A program made the translations under genes and the position numbers. This document shows, piece by piece, positions 28,101 to 36,537 of a stretch of DNA of 40,546 nucleotides. How positions within the stretch are numbered: position 1 is the stretch's first letter; every line of letters starts with the position of its first letter. The DNA is from Thermoplasmata archaeon (GTDB lineage Archaea > Thermoplasmatota > Thermoplasmata > Lutacidiplasmatales > UBA184). The notes under the pieces were generated by a model that was not told where the DNA came from, made no database searches, and saw nothing but the letters and a program-made list of their open reading frames with translations. The DNA lies in NCBI GenBank assembly GCA_022750355.1, contig JAKIVW010000003.1, forward strand, positions 1-40,546, in the 5' to 3' direction.

Positions 28101-28404
28101 GTACATCCTGTTGGGCATCATCCTCGCCGCGATCGTCGCGCTCCTTTTGCTCGTCCTTGCGAGGCGACCGAACTATCCGATCGTGTTCACGGAAACCGGC
28201 TTGCCGGCCAGCACCCGCTGGTCGGTGCGCCTGAAGGACGTCACGGAGTTCTCGGACACGGAGACGGTCCGATTCAGTCGACCGAGCGGCACGTACGAGT
28301 TTGAGGTCGCTCCCTCGACCGGCCGCACCCCCTCCCCGGTGACGGGGTATGTGGTCGTGGAGCGGGAGCAGCAGATCATCGCCATCCGGTTCGGCCCACC
28401 CTAA
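25135..28404 (+). CDS. Large surface protein: signal anchor, 14 YVTN-type beta-propeller blades, 3 TGLP beta-sandwich domains, TM helix and a 4th TGLP domain
   Basis: ORF 24751..28404 trimmed to GTG 25135 (MKRIQGHSVVVWVIVLLAVSSAAMVGLA). Upstream of that it overlaps larB on the other strand. There are 14 repeats of the xYDxxxGE(V/I)(F/W)V...NV(S/T)VI(S/N)DxTNxVVxT type. Confidence 0.85.
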   Translation: MKRIQGHSVVVWVIVLLAVSSAAMVGLATHAASSPISLRVGPTTAPAPADRHSSEAPGGTVLPAPTGRPGSGASGSTPLSPRTRAGPATSGWAVTNTLVIYNNTSVSGNYDPPYNGAQTDVIAMAFDNLSGEVFALSDAGVVSQISDTTNEVIHTFYPTPLGTPAGIVFDYKDNEMFILYSVSLSTSYVAVVSASTTSLLATVAVQDGSKGIAYDSGLGEVFVSNTQSENVSVISTATNAVVATVYLPLGAPEALVYDSGQHEVFAINDQYDLYHSNVTVISDVTNTVVATVAVPYGAISLGYDRGKGEVFVGSDTYGAGGTCNVTVVNDTTDTIVATIDVGIDPTGILYVPSLDELYVTNTGSLNVSVISDATNAVVDTVTLAYNPNVPVYEGPSYPVYDPGQAEVWFYGGFPGYVTGISTSTHHLTPTAWLTFDSRYFAYDGANQEEFLVDSTSGYVAVVSDVTGQVVAQIPVGGGAFQAAYDSGKGEVWVTNNGGLGNITVINATTNTVVAVFYIPGVGPTGIAYDPALGEMFVGNENCAPCSNITVINDTTYNVVGVIPYVGFVPFDLAYDSGKGEIFAGNIGGNVSVIDAATDTVVASVGTGVFGGWGMAYDSAKGEIFLTNVNGNNVTVISDATNKVVANISSLPGAWGAAYDPAAGEVLIGGDEGSTLSVISDVTNTVVYSITPDGEAPSAVAYDAETGDLYTADQAFGTLQTISPTGGTGPTHYPVTFLETGLPVGTPWSVTFNGTLGSSTITSIGYSVLDGSYTFTTGTVAGYTANVTGGPVTVSGAAVEVEIGFSSTGVPTYTVTFDESGLASPPAWTVTLGGSPESATTSTIPFVEVDGTYSFTVGVVTGYTASPSSGMVTVNGASLTRDIIFTPTTSPSTYPITFTETGLGSGTSWSVTLAGTLLPSSTSVIATSAVNGSYPYTVSAVVGYTVSPASGTVSITGAGQAVAITFTASPPGTSPTPSPAGFLGLPGSDGYILLGIILAAIVALLLLVLARRPNYPIVFTETGLPASTRWSVRLKDVTEFSDTETVRFSRPSGTYEFEVAPSTGRTPSPVTGYVVVEREQQIIAIRFGPP
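25500..27310 (+). repeat. Coding tandem array of 14 YVTN-family propeller blades (~40 aa each)
   Basis: The blade cores were counted directly: AFDNLSGEVF, VFDYKDNEMF, AYDSGLGEVF, VYDSGQHEVF, GYDRGKGEVF, LYVPSLDELY, VYDPGQAEVW, AYDGANQEEF, AYDSGKGEVW, AYDPALGEMF, AYDSGKGEIF, AYDSAKGEIF, AYDPAAGEVL and AYDAETGDLY. Confidence 0.85.
27329..28400 (+). repeat. Four ~75-aa TGLPxGxxWxV beta-sandwich repeats (three before and one after the TM helix)
   Basis: YPVTFLETGLPVGTPWSVTFNG, YTVTFDESGLASPPAWTVTLGG, YPITFTETGLGSGTSWSVTLAG, then the TM helix GYILLGIILAAIVALLLLVLA-RRP, then YPIVFTETGLPASTRWSVRL. One more copy lies in the PQQ-like protein (KFTFTETGLSSGHAWYVVV, ~4924-5140). Confidence 0.8.
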
Positions 28405-28625
28405 CCGGAACCGGCGATCGGACCGGGTCCGATGGGGAGGTCCCCACGACCGCTTCGCCGGAGCCCGGGCGACGGCCCTGGCTCGAAACCCGCGGGCGTT
28501 CCACCCGCTGCCACGGGTCTAGAAACCTGACTCTCCGGACGGGTGAGGATCTGTTTGGGGCCCTCGGGGCCCGTTCGCTTCGGCGCCGAATTTCCACGCG
28601 TGCGGTCCCCCGCTCGGTCCCAGGA

Positions 28626-29348
28626 CTACGGAAGGGGCAACGGATTCGTGGTCCCGGTGTAGCTTCCCATGGCCTGAGCGACGAATTCGAGCCCCAGTCC
28701 GCTCGGATTCTGGGTGCCCATATCGATCACGATGTAATCGGAGGTGAGGACGGGGGTGCCATCGACGACCCCGCTCCCGAACGTCCAGTCCGAGGTCATT
28801 CCCATCGACCCCCCGGCCGCAGCATACTGAGCCGCGACCGCACCGTTCTCGGTGAGGATCGTGAATCCAAGGCCGGACGGCGCGACGTCGATCGACCCCG
28901 AGGGTGTCTGGACGAAGAACCACGCCGAACCGAAGGAGATCGTGGAATCGATGATGCTCACCCGGTAATAGAAATCGGCCGGGCCCTGACAACCGGTGGA
29001 GAGAAAGGTGGCGTCGAGGGGGCACTGTCCCGCCGTCGGAACCCCCGGACGGAAGGCCGTGCCGATCGGGGTGTCGCCAGGACAGTGGCAGAACCCCCGC
29101 CCGGCGAGAGCACCGAACTCAAATCCCCCGAGGATCGCCGCGGCGGTAAGAACAAGCACGACCACCAAGACCACGGCGACGATCGGGCTGGACCGCGGAG
29201 GCGCGGGAGGCCCGGGGGAGTACGCGCCCGGGGTTGGGGTCCACGGACCCGAGACCCGAGCTCCGCACCTCGAGCAGAACGAGTGACCCGAGGCGAGCGG
29301 TTGGCCGCATCTCCCGCAGAACGAGACGGCCATCGGCGACTCCTCCAT
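28626..29348 (-). CDS. Zinc-ribbon / single-pass membrane protein with an ectodomain paralogous to the pilin-like protein at 2384..3022
   Basis: N-terminal FCGRCGQPL...FCSRCGA (CxxC...CxxC), a Pro-rich linker, TM IVAVVLVVVLVLTAAAILGG and a ~165-aa ectodomain. A TATA-like ttaaatt at 29373-29379 lies about 28 nt from the ATG. Confidence 0.75.
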   Translation of the reverse strand: MEESPMAVSFCGRCGQPLASGHSFCSRCGARVSGPWTPTPGAYSPGPPAPPRSSPIVAVVLVVVLVLTAAAILGGFEFGALAGRGFCHCPGDTPIGTAFRPGVPTAGQCPLDATFLSTGCQGPADFYYRVSIIDSTISFGSAWFFVQTPSGSIDVAPSGLGFTILTENGAVAAQYAAAGGSMGMTSDWTFGSGVVDGTPVLTSDYIVIDMGTQNPSGLGLEFVAQAMGSYTGTTNPLPLP

Positions 29349-29538
29349 CTCAAAGATACGGTGAAGGTTGAGTTAAATTGGGTGTTCGTGAGCCATCGCC
29401 CCGGGCGGAGACGGGGTCCGGCGCGGGCGCCCGAGAGCGACTAATTTTCACCCCGGCCCCGCGCGGGTTGGCTTTCAAAGGCGGGAGCACCCAAGCCGTG
29501 ATATAGCGGGTTCCGGTGGCACGCCGGTTCGACCGAAA

Positions 29539-30687
29539 ATGGCCGATTTCTCATTGTCCGCGGAGCAAGAAAGTCTCCGCGATCTTGCCCGAAAGTTCGC
29601 CCGGACGGAGATGGCGCCGCATGCGGCCGAATGCGACCGGACGCCTCGGTTTCCCGAGGAGATCTATCGGAAGGCCTTCGACCTCGGCCTCATGAACCTC
29701 AATGTTCCCGTCGACTACGGGGGCAGCGGACTCGGGGTCTTCGAGGCCTGCCTCATCGTGGAGGAGCTCGCCCACGCGTGCGGCGGAATGACGACCTCGG
29801 TGATCGCGAACTGCCTCGCCCTCGAACCGATCCTCCTCGGCGGCACCCCCGAACAGAAGGACCGGTTCCTCAAGCCCTTCTGCGCCGAGTACAACCTGGC
29901 CTCCTTCTGTCTGACCGAGCCTTCCGGCGGGAGCGACGCGGGGAGCCTCAAGACCCGAGCCCGTCGGGAGGGAGACCACTACATCCTGGATGGCGAGAAG
30001 TGCTTCATCACGAACGCCCCCCACGCCTCCCTCTACACGGTCTTCGCCACCATCGACCCGGCGTTGAAGACCAAGGGCATCACCGCGTTCGTCGTACCGC
30101 GGAGCGCCGTCGGTCTGAGTACCGGTAAGGACGAGGAGAAAATGGGCCATCGGGCGTCCTCCACGAGCACCGTTCGCTTCGAGGGGGTCAGCGTGCCGGT
30201 CGCCGACCGACTCGGCGAGGAAGGAGCGGGTTTCTCTATGGCCATGCGGACCCTGGACCAGACCCGCACTCCGATCGGCGCCCTCGCGACCGGTATCGCG
30301 CAAGCAGCGCTCGACCACGCCGCGGCGTACTCTCTCAAGCGCCAATCGTTCGGAAAGCCGATCAGTGAACACCAGGCGATCCAGATCAAGCTCGCCAACA
30401 TGGCCCAGTCGGTTCACGCGGCCCGCCTGCTGACGTGGCATGCGGCGTGGACGATCGACCGCGGGGCGAAGGGAACCCTCGAATCCTCCATCGCCAAGTG
30501 CTTCGCGTCGGATGCCGCCCTGCACGTCGCCGACGAGGCCATCCAGACGTTCGGCGGGTACGGGTACATGAAGGAGTACCCGGTCGAGAAGTTGCTCCGG
30601 GATGCGAAGCTCACCCAGATCTACGAGGGAGCGAACGAGATCCAGCGGACCGTCATCGCCCGCGAACTGCTCCGTCAGTACGCCTGA
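29539..30687 (+). CDS. Acyl-CoA dehydrogenase (short/medium-chain type)
   Basis: 382 aa with [23 protein letters not shown] and [11 protein letters not shown] (catalytic Glu region). Confidence 0.92.
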   Translation: MADFSLSAEQESLRDLARKFARTEMAPHAAECDRTPRFPEEIYRKAFDLGLMNLNVPVDYGGSGLGVFEACLIVEELAHACGGMTTSVIANCLALEPILLGGTPEQKDRFLKPFCAEYNLASFCLTEPSGGSDAGSLKTRARREGDHYILDGEKCFITNAPHASLYTVFATIDPALKTKGITAFVVPRSAVGLSTGKDEEKMGHRASSTSTVRFEGVSVPVADRLGEEGAGFSMAMRTLDQTRTPIGALATGIAQAALDHAAAYSLKRQSFGKPISEHQAIQIKLANMAQSVHAARLLTWHAAWTIDRGAKGTLESSIAKCFASDAALHVADEAIQTFGGYGYMKEYPVEKLLRDAKLTQIYEGANEIQRTVIARELLRQYA

Positions 30688-30701
30688 CGCCGGAGGGCGG
30701 C

Positions 30702-31481
30702 GTGGAGATCGTCGTCTGCATCAAGCCCGTCCCCGAGGCTGAAACCCGTCTTCGCGTGGCGCCCGGTGGGGCGACCCTCGATGCGGAGGGGGTGAAGTTC
30801 GTCCTGGCCGGGTACGACGAGTCCGCGCTCGAGCAGGCGCTCCTCCTCAAAGAGGCGCTCGCCGGCTCGAAGGTCCACGCCATTTCGTTCGGCCCCGCGC
30901 CCCGGACCGAAGAGGTCCTCCGAGCCGCGGTCGCACTCGGGGCCGACCTCGCGACCTGGGTGGAGTCGCCGTCCGGGTCGGCCGTCGACCCGATCCAAGT
31001 CGCGCGAGCCCTGGCCGGCGCCATCGCTGCGATCCCGCACGACCTCGTCCTTTGTGGAAAACAGGCGGGCGATGACGAGGCGGGACTGGTCCCCTCGGCG
31101 CTCGGCGAATTGCTCGCTCTCCCCGATTTCGGGTCGGTGGTCGACCTTCGATGGGACCCGGTGACGGCCCGATTCAAGTTCCTTCGTTCGACCGACGCCG
31201 GGGGCGAGCGCTGGGAGGCTGCGACTCCATGCGTCATCGGTCTCCAACAGGCCTGGAACGACCCTCGCACCGCGAAACTTCCGAACATCCTCAAGTCGCG
31301 CAAGGCGGCGATCGCCAAACACCCGGCCGGTCCCGATCTCCCGGGCGCCCGTTCGGAGCCTCAAGGGTTCGAGCTCCCCGCGCCCCGGACGGGGGCCCGC
31401 CTGATCGAGTACAAATCTCCGCAAGAAGCGGCTCAAACGTTGGTTCGAATCCTCCGCGAGGAGGCGAAGGTGTTCCCGTGA
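30702..31481 (+). CDS. etfB: Electron transfer flavoprotein beta subunit
   Basis: GTG 30702 is preceded by GGAGGG. The N-terminus VEIVVCIKPVPEAETRLRV is followed by the internal block VLCGKQAGDDEAG. Confidence 0.88.
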   Translation: MEIVVCIKPVPEAETRLRVAPGGATLDAEGVKFVLAGYDESALEQALLLKEALAGSKVHAISFGPAPRTEEVLRAAVALGADLATWVESPSGSAVDPIQVARALAGAIAAIPHDLVLCGKQAGDDEAGLVPSALGELLALPDFGSVVDLRWDPVTARFKFLRSTDAGGERWEAATPCVIGLQQAWNDPRTAKLPNILKSRKAAIAKHPAGPDLPGARSEPQGFELPAPRTGARLIEYKSPQEAAQTLVRILREEAKVFP

Positions 31482-32464
31482 CCGGTCCCATCCTGATCGT
31501 GGGAGAGGTGCAGAATGGTCACCTGAGCGGGCCGACGCTCGAGGCGATCTCGGTCGCCCGGTCCCTCGGCGGGAGCCCTTCCTCCCTGGTCGGGTTTGTT
31601 GCCGGGCATGATTCCCGGTCCACCGCCCTCGAATTCGGGCGATTCGGCGTGTCCCACGTCTGGGTGGCGCGGGACCCCACCCTCGACTCCGCCCCCATCG
31701 CGGCGCTGGCCCTGTACATCGCCGCCGCGGCTACGAAGGCCGGGGCCGAGACGATCCTCGTCGGCGGAACCACCTTGGGTCGGGATCTCATGGGGAGGTT
31801 GGCGATCCGCTGGAACGCGGCCGTGGCGACCGGTGTCACCGAGGTTCGTCGGGACGGGGCCGCCCTTCAGGTCCGCCGTCCGATCTTCGGGGGGCGAGCG
31901 ACCGAGACGCGTCGACTGGACGGGGCTCATGTGGCCCTCGCCCTCCGTCCCCACGCCTTTCCCGCACCGCTCGACGCCCCGGTGGATCCGGTCATCGAGG
32001 ACCTTCCGTCGGTGCCACTGCCGGCGGCGTGGCTCGCTCCCCGGCGAACCGGGACCGAGACGTCGGCGGAAGGTGCCGGCCCCTCCTTGGGGGATGCTTC
32101 GATCGTCGTATCGGGGGGCCGAGGGGTCCGGACCGCCGAGAATTTCCAGCTGGTCGAAGAGCTCGCGGCTGCGCTCGGCGCCGCGGTCGGCGCTTCGCGG
32201 GCCGTGACGGACGCCGGTTGGCGGCCTTCCTCCTACCAAGTGGGTCAAACGGGGCGCTCGGTCTCCCCTCAACTCTACCTCGCGGTCGGGATCTCCGGGG
32301 CGATCCAGCATTTGGTCGGCATGCTGAGTTCCCGGGTGATCGTTGCCATCAACTCCGATGCGAGCGCCCCGATCTTCCGCGTCGCGGACTACGGCATCGT
32401 CGGAGACCTTTTCCAGATAGTCCCCGCGCTCACCGCCGAGGTCCGGCGCGTGCGCGCGCTATAG
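31478..32464 (+). CDS. etfA: Electron transfer flavoprotein alpha subunit
   Basis: The GTG start overlaps the etfB stop (GTGA). FAD-binding C-terminus [44 protein letters not shown] and [11 protein letters not shown]. Confidence 0.9.
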   Translation: MTGPILIVGEVQNGHLSGPTLEAISVARSLGGSPSSLVGFVAGHDSRSTALEFGRFGVSHVWVARDPTLDSAPIAALALYIAAAATKAGAETILVGGTTLGRDLMGRLAIRWNAAVATGVTEVRRDGAALQVRRPIFGGRATETRRLDGAHVALALRPHAFPAPLDAPVDPVIEDLPSVPLPAAWLAPRRTGTETSAEGAGPSLGDASIVVSGGRGVRTAENFQLVEELAAALGAAVGASRAVTDAGWRPSSYQVGQTGRSVSPQLYLAVGISGAIQHLVGMLSSRVIVAINSDASAPIFRVADYGIVGDLFQIVPALTAEVRRVRAL

Positions 32465-32963
32465 GGCGGGCGTGCGGGGGCCCGGCCCAGGCAGGCCTTC
32501 GGAACCACAAGCGCATCTCTGCCGTCGGCTCGAACCCGAGTCGCTCGTAGACCGGCCGTCCCTGGGGGGCCGCGTGCAACGTCACTCGCACCGCTCCCGA
32601 ACGTCGAGCCACGCGCAGGAGCTCCCGCACAATCGCGGAAGCGATCCCCTGGCGCTGATGCTCCGGTTGGGTGTACATCGACATGATGTAGGGAATGACG
32701 CCCTGGGGGATCCCCGGCCGCGGTTCCTGCGGCATGAACCAAAGTGTTCCCGAACCGGCGACCTGCCCTTCGACGGTGGCCAGATACGCCACCACCTCTC
32801 CCGACTTCAATCGGGGCCGAAGCCATCGTCGGTACGGGGCCGCGTGCCGGTCGATCGCGCGGATCGAGTGATGCCCGATCGCCCGCCACATCCCCACCCG
32901 ATGCCGAGTCAGGACGGCGGCATCTTCGGGGAGGGCGAGCCGAAGCACGACCTTGGGGCGCAC
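32430..32963 (-). CDS. GNAT family N-acetyltransferase
   Basis: Acetyl-CoA motif A QRQGIASAIVRELL...ERLGF. ORF 32430..33176 trimmed to GTG 32963 (or 32948), because fixC ends at 32993. The 3' tail overlaps the convergent etfA gene by 35 nt. Confidence 0.7.
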   Translation of the reverse strand: MRPKVVLRLALPEDAAVLTRHRVGMWRAIGHHSIRAIDRHAAPYRRWLRPRLKSGEVVAYLATVEGQVAGSGTLWFMPQEPRPGIPQGVIPYIMSMYTQPEHQRQGIASAIVRELLRVARRSGAVRVTLHAAPQGRPVYERLGFEPTAEMRLWFRRPAWAGPPHARPIARARAGPRR

Positions 32964-32992
32964 CCCCCTCCTGGGCCGAGAGCGACGGTCGG

Positions 32993-34294
32993 TCAGAGGT
33001 CCCGAACCATCCCCACGCCGTCCTTCAGCAACGTGGCCGTCGAAAGCCCGGCGGCCTTCCGGGCCTTCCGCAAGACGCGGCGGATGGGACGTTTTCGGTC
33101 CCCGGTCTCGGTCATGAGCGCATGGAACAGCTCCGTGGCAAAACGCGGATACGCGGTGTAGAATCGCGGGTTCCACTTCACCCGGTCCATTTTCTCAAAG
33201 TCACGGAAATCCGAAAGGACCCCGGAGGATTCGAGACGCTGATCGTACTGCGCGAGGTGGGTCGCCGAGGCATCGCCGGCCTTTTCCGACGTCAGCGCGG
33301 TTTCCGCCGCCTCGAGCCCCGTGCGAATCGCGTAGTTCATTCCCTGGATCACGAGGCCATTGGAAAATACGAACCCGGCGGCATCCCCCGCGACCATCCA
33401 TCCGTCCCCGTGGAAGGCAGCGGGTCGGCTCGCCCAACCGGAGCTGATCAACTTCGCGCCGTACTCGACCAGCTCGGCATCCTTGAGCCGCGCCGCGATG
33501 GTTGGGTGGAGTCGGAACTGTTCGATGAGCTCTTGCGAATAGACCCCGCGGCCGTACAGGGATTGGATGTTGAGGATGAGACCGACCGAGATCGTATCGG
33601 CATTCGTGTAGAGGAAACCTCCGCCCATCACGCCCGGAGCGAACTGACCCGCCACCCACTCTTCGGCGTGCCCCTCCCCCGGTCCGAGCTGGAATCGCTC
33701 TTCGATCCGAGCCGCGTCCAGCCGGAACACCTCCTTGATCCCCAATTCGGTCGCGCCCGCCTCCAGCCGAGGTTGGGGTCGGATCGGCGTCCCGAGCGCG
33801 AGGCGAGAATTCGCTCCGTCCGCAAGGATCGTGACGGGCGCCGTCATCGTCTCCCCGCCCTGAACGACCCCGTGTACTCGTGGGCCCTCCCAGTTCAAGC
33901 GGTCTACCGGAACACTGCTCACGACCGTCGCCCCCGCCTCCTCCGCTTTCTGGGCCAGCCATGCGTCCGTCTTGGCCCGAAGCACCGAATGTGCGACGTA
34001 GGGCTCCTTTCGCCACGTGGCATCGTCGAAATCAAATGAGACGGCGCTGTCCGATGTGAGAAACCCAAAGCGCTTGCGGACGATGTGCCGCTCGACCGGC
34101 ATCTCGTGCCACCAGCCAGGGAGGATCCGGTCCAGGTCGTGGCCCCAAAGGATCCCCCCCGAGAGATTCTTCACTCCGGGCGCGGCGCCTCGCTCCAGCA
34201 GCAGGACGTTCGCTCCTCCCTGGGCGAGGCGGATCGCGGCGGCGGAGCCGGCCATTCCGGCCCCCACGACGATCACGTCGAAGTCGTTCGCCAT
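32993..34294 (-). CDS. fixC: FAD-dependent ETF-quinone oxidoreductase-like protein (FixC family)
   Basis: DVIVVGAGMAGSAAAIRLA dinucleotide fold, 433 aa, next to etfBA. A TATA-like gttaaac at 34322-34328 lies about 31 nt from the ATG. Confidence 0.85.
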   Translation of the reverse strand: MANDFDVIVVGAGMAGSAAAIRLAQGGANVLLLERGAAPGVKNLSGGILWGHDLDRILPGWWHEMPVERHIVRKRFGFLTSDSAVSFDFDDATWRKEPYVAHSVLRAKTDAWLAQKAEEAGATVVSSVPVDRLNWEGPRVHGVVQGGETMTAPVTILADGANSRLALGTPIRPQPRLEAGATELGIKEVFRLDAARIEERFQLGPGEGHAEEWVAGQFAPGVMGGGFLYTNADTISVGLILNIQSLYGRGVYSQELIEQFRLHPTIAARLKDAELVEYGAKLISSGWASRPAAFHGDGWMVAGDAAGFVFSNGLVIQGMNYAIRTGLEAAETALTSEKAGDASATHLAQYDQRLESSGVLSDFRDFEKMDRVKWNPRFYTAYPRFATELFHALMTETGDRKRPIRRVLRKARKAAGLSTATLLKDGVGMVRDL

Positions 34295-34490
34295 GGCGTG
34301 CCCTCACGAGACCCGAGGGCAGTTTAACTCTCCTACATCCCGCGGGGCCGCTCGACGGTTGCAGGGCGGGCACTCCTCGGGGGGCCGCGGCCCGCTCGAC
34401 CGCCGGCGGGAGGGAGGTCGAGCTCGGACCGTGGGCGAGCCCAGCGGCTCAAGTCTCGGGCGGGGAGCGCCCGGGGACCAGCCGGAGGCC

Positions 34491-35153
34491 CTACCGCGGC
34501 GGGGCCGGGGGAGCCGCCGGCGCGGTTGCCGGCGGGTAGGAGGGGTTCGACAGGTTCTGAGTCGCGTCCTCGATATGCTTCTGGAACCGGAACGGTTTCG
34601 GGATCCCTCTCCAGTCCTCGTTCCCGAGGCGGGTCCCGCCTTCGGAGCTGACGTGGATCGTGCCGTAGCCGAGAATCCGTTGAACGAAACTCTGGTGCAC
34701 GTCGACGCCCCGCACCTGCGTCACGGGGATCTCGTCGAAGTCGCGGCCGAAGATCCCCTTCTGTACGATCACTCGGCGAGAGCTGACCGCGTACACCGTG
34801 GAGATCCACCGCATGTAGCGGACCACCAACCAGAGCAGGCCGATGATGAAGAGGATCGTGTAGGTCAGCGTGACGAACATGGAGGCGCTGGTGCTGTGGG
34901 TCCACTGGTTGAGACTGACCCACTGGGTCCACGTGCCCCAATCGGGAATGTTGTTGTAGGCGACATGGGCGGAGAGGAGGGCCAGCACTCCCCAGATCAG
35001 GGTCCAGAGCAGCGGGCCGGGGAAGTAGTACAATTTTGTCCCCCGGGTCTCCTCGAGCAGGTACTCCTGATCGGCCAAGTAGGTCGCCTTCAGATGCTTC
35101 GGCATTACCCGAGTGGGTGTCGGAGTGGCCATCGGCCGGGCCACGCAGCTCAT
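34491..35153 (-). CDS. PH-domain (bPH_2/DUF304, YdbT-like) membrane protein
   Basis: Two TM helices are followed by VYAVSSRRVIVQKGIFGRDFDEIPVTQVRGVDVHQSFVQRILGYGTIHV. ATG 35132 and ATG 35105 are alternative starts. Confidence 0.7.
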   Translation of the reverse strand: MSCVARPMATPTPTRVMPKHLKATYLADQEYLLEETRGTKLYYFPGPLLWTLIWGVLALLSAHVAYNNIPDWGTWTQWVSLNQWTHSTSASMFVTLTYTILFIIGLLWLVVRYMRWISTVYAVSSRRVIVQKGIFGRDFDEIPVTQVRGVDVHQSFVQRILGYGTIHVSSEGGTRLGNEDWRGIPKPFRFQKHIEDATQNLSNPSYPPATAPAAPPAPPR

Positions 35154-35221
35154 CCCTGATAACCTCTCGGTCGGAGTGCGCCGGACGCGGCTTATATCGG
35201 AGGGCTCGCTCGGTCGGCCGG

Positions 35222-36073
35222 ATGGGCGTCACCGACTGCCACGTGCACATCAATCCGATATGGGAGATGCGGCCGGACGCGGCCGAACTTCTGGGGTACT
35301 CGACCTCCGCTCCGTCCCGGTATCTCACCGACGCGCCCGCCTTCCTCGAGTACCTGACGGCCTCGGGAGTCGAGCGAGCCGTGCTGATCAACTACGTCGC
35401 ACCCGAAGTCATCGGGTATACCGAGAAGGCGAATGATTTTGTCAGCGAGTACGTCCGCGCCGATCCCGAGCGGCTGATCGCCGTGGGCGGGTTGCGCCCG
35501 GACCACGCGGATCCGGGCGGGGAGGTGGGTCGCCTCGCGGAAAAGTTGCATGTGCGGGGGATCAAGCTGCATCCGCCGCATCAAGGATTCCGGCCGGACG
35601 CGTACGCCGACGGGACCCTACCCGGACTTCGCGCGCTCTATGCGGCGTGCGAGCGGTACGAACTTCCGGTGATCTTCCATACCGGGACGAGCGTCTTTCC
35701 ACGAGCACGGAATCGATTTGCCGACCCGATGATGATCGAGGATGTCGCGCTTGATTTTCCCCACCTCACAATCGTCCTCGCCCACGGCGGCCGGCCGATC
35801 TGGATGGAAACGGCCGTGTTCCTGACGCGCCGGTTCGCGAACGTCTGGCTCGAAGTCAGCGGGATTCCCCCGGCCCGACTCCTCGACTACTTCCCGACCC
35901 TCGCGCGCCTTTCGGACAAGGTCCTCTTCGGAACCGACTGGCCCGGCCCCGGAGTGAAAGACATACGGGCGAATCTGGACGCGTTCCGGGCGCTCCCGAT
36001 CCCGGCCGACGCCCAGCGACGCATCCTCGAAGAGAATCCCCTCAAGGTCTTCCCTCGCCGAGGGCCGACCTGA
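35222..36073 (+). CDS. Metal-dependent amidohydrolase (amidohydrolase_2 / TIM-barrel)
   Basis: ORF 35036..36073 trimmed to ATG 35222 (MGVTDCHVHI, an HxH metal site), with later blocks IKLHP, IFHTG and LAHGG. Confidence 0.75.
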   Translation: MGVTDCHVHINPIWEMRPDAAELLGYSTSAPSRYLTDAPAFLEYLTASGVERAVLINYVAPEVIGYTEKANDFVSEYVRADPERLIAVGGLRPDHADPGGEVGRLAEKLHVRGIKLHPPHQGFRPDAYADGTLPGLRALYAACERYELPVIFHTGTSVFPRARNRFADPMMIEDVALDFPHLTIVLAHGGRPIWMETAVFLTRRFANVWLEVSGIPPARLLDYFPTLARLSDKVLFGTDWPGPGVKDIRANLDAFRALPIPADAQRRILEENPLKVFPRRGPT

Positions 36074-36098
36074 AATACTGCCCTCGGCTCGGAGGGCC

Positions 36099-36530
36099 GT
36101 GACCAGTGTCTCCGGACCGGCCGAAGTCGAAGGGACCCCTCCTGTCCCCGAGGGGGAGGCACCTCCGCCGGTCGTGGAGGTCCCGGAGCCCAACGAGGAT
36201 GTCGGTCGCCTGCCGCTCCCCCGTCGCGCCCGCGGCGAGGTGTTTGGGATCGCGAATCAACTGCTCGGCGCCGCCCGGATCCGGGTGATGTGCGAGGACA
36301 ATATCGCTCGCATGGGTCGGATCACGGGGAAGATGAAAAAGAAAATGTGGATCCGGGAGGGCGACCTCCTGATCCTGCGCCCGTGGGGCTTTCAGGAAGG
36401 GAAGGCGGACATCCTGTTCCGCTACAGCCGGACCCAGGCGCAGTTCCTCGCCCGCCGCAACCTTCTCCCCCCCTCGGTGAACCTGTTCGGGTCCTCCGAG
36501 GCGAAGCCGGAGACTGCGCCGACGACCTAG
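36099..36530 (+). CDS. eif1a: Translation initiation factor aIF-1A
   Basis: GEVFGIANQLLGAARIRVMCEDNIARMGRITGKMKKKMWIREGDLLILRPWGFQEGKADILFRY is the S1-like OB fold of aIF-1A. GTG 36099 is preceded by GGAGGG. Confidence 0.92.
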   Translation: MTSVSGPAEVEGTPPVPEGEAPPPVVEVPEPNEDVGRLPLPRRARGEVFGIANQLLGAARIRVMCEDNIARMGRITGKMKKKMWIREGDLLILRPWGFQEGKADILFRYSRTQAQFLARRNLLPPSVNLFGSSEAKPETAPTT

Positions 36531-36537
36531 GGGAACC

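Noticed and set aside
31442-31452. GGTTCGAATCC motif inside etfB
   Set aside because: It is a chance match within a well-supported CDS, and the adjacent bases do not pair as a T stem.
29539-34294. ACAD-etfBA-GNAT-fixC cluster considered as something unusual (no fixX ferredoxin gene)
   Set aside because: This is an ordinary beta-oxidation/ETF arrangement. The absence of fixX within a 40-kb window is not informative.
34843-34849. Perfect C-box-like ATGATGA (also at 35729-35735)
   Set aside because: Both lie inside CDSs. No D'/C'/D boxes occur at sRNA spacing and no terminal stem is present.
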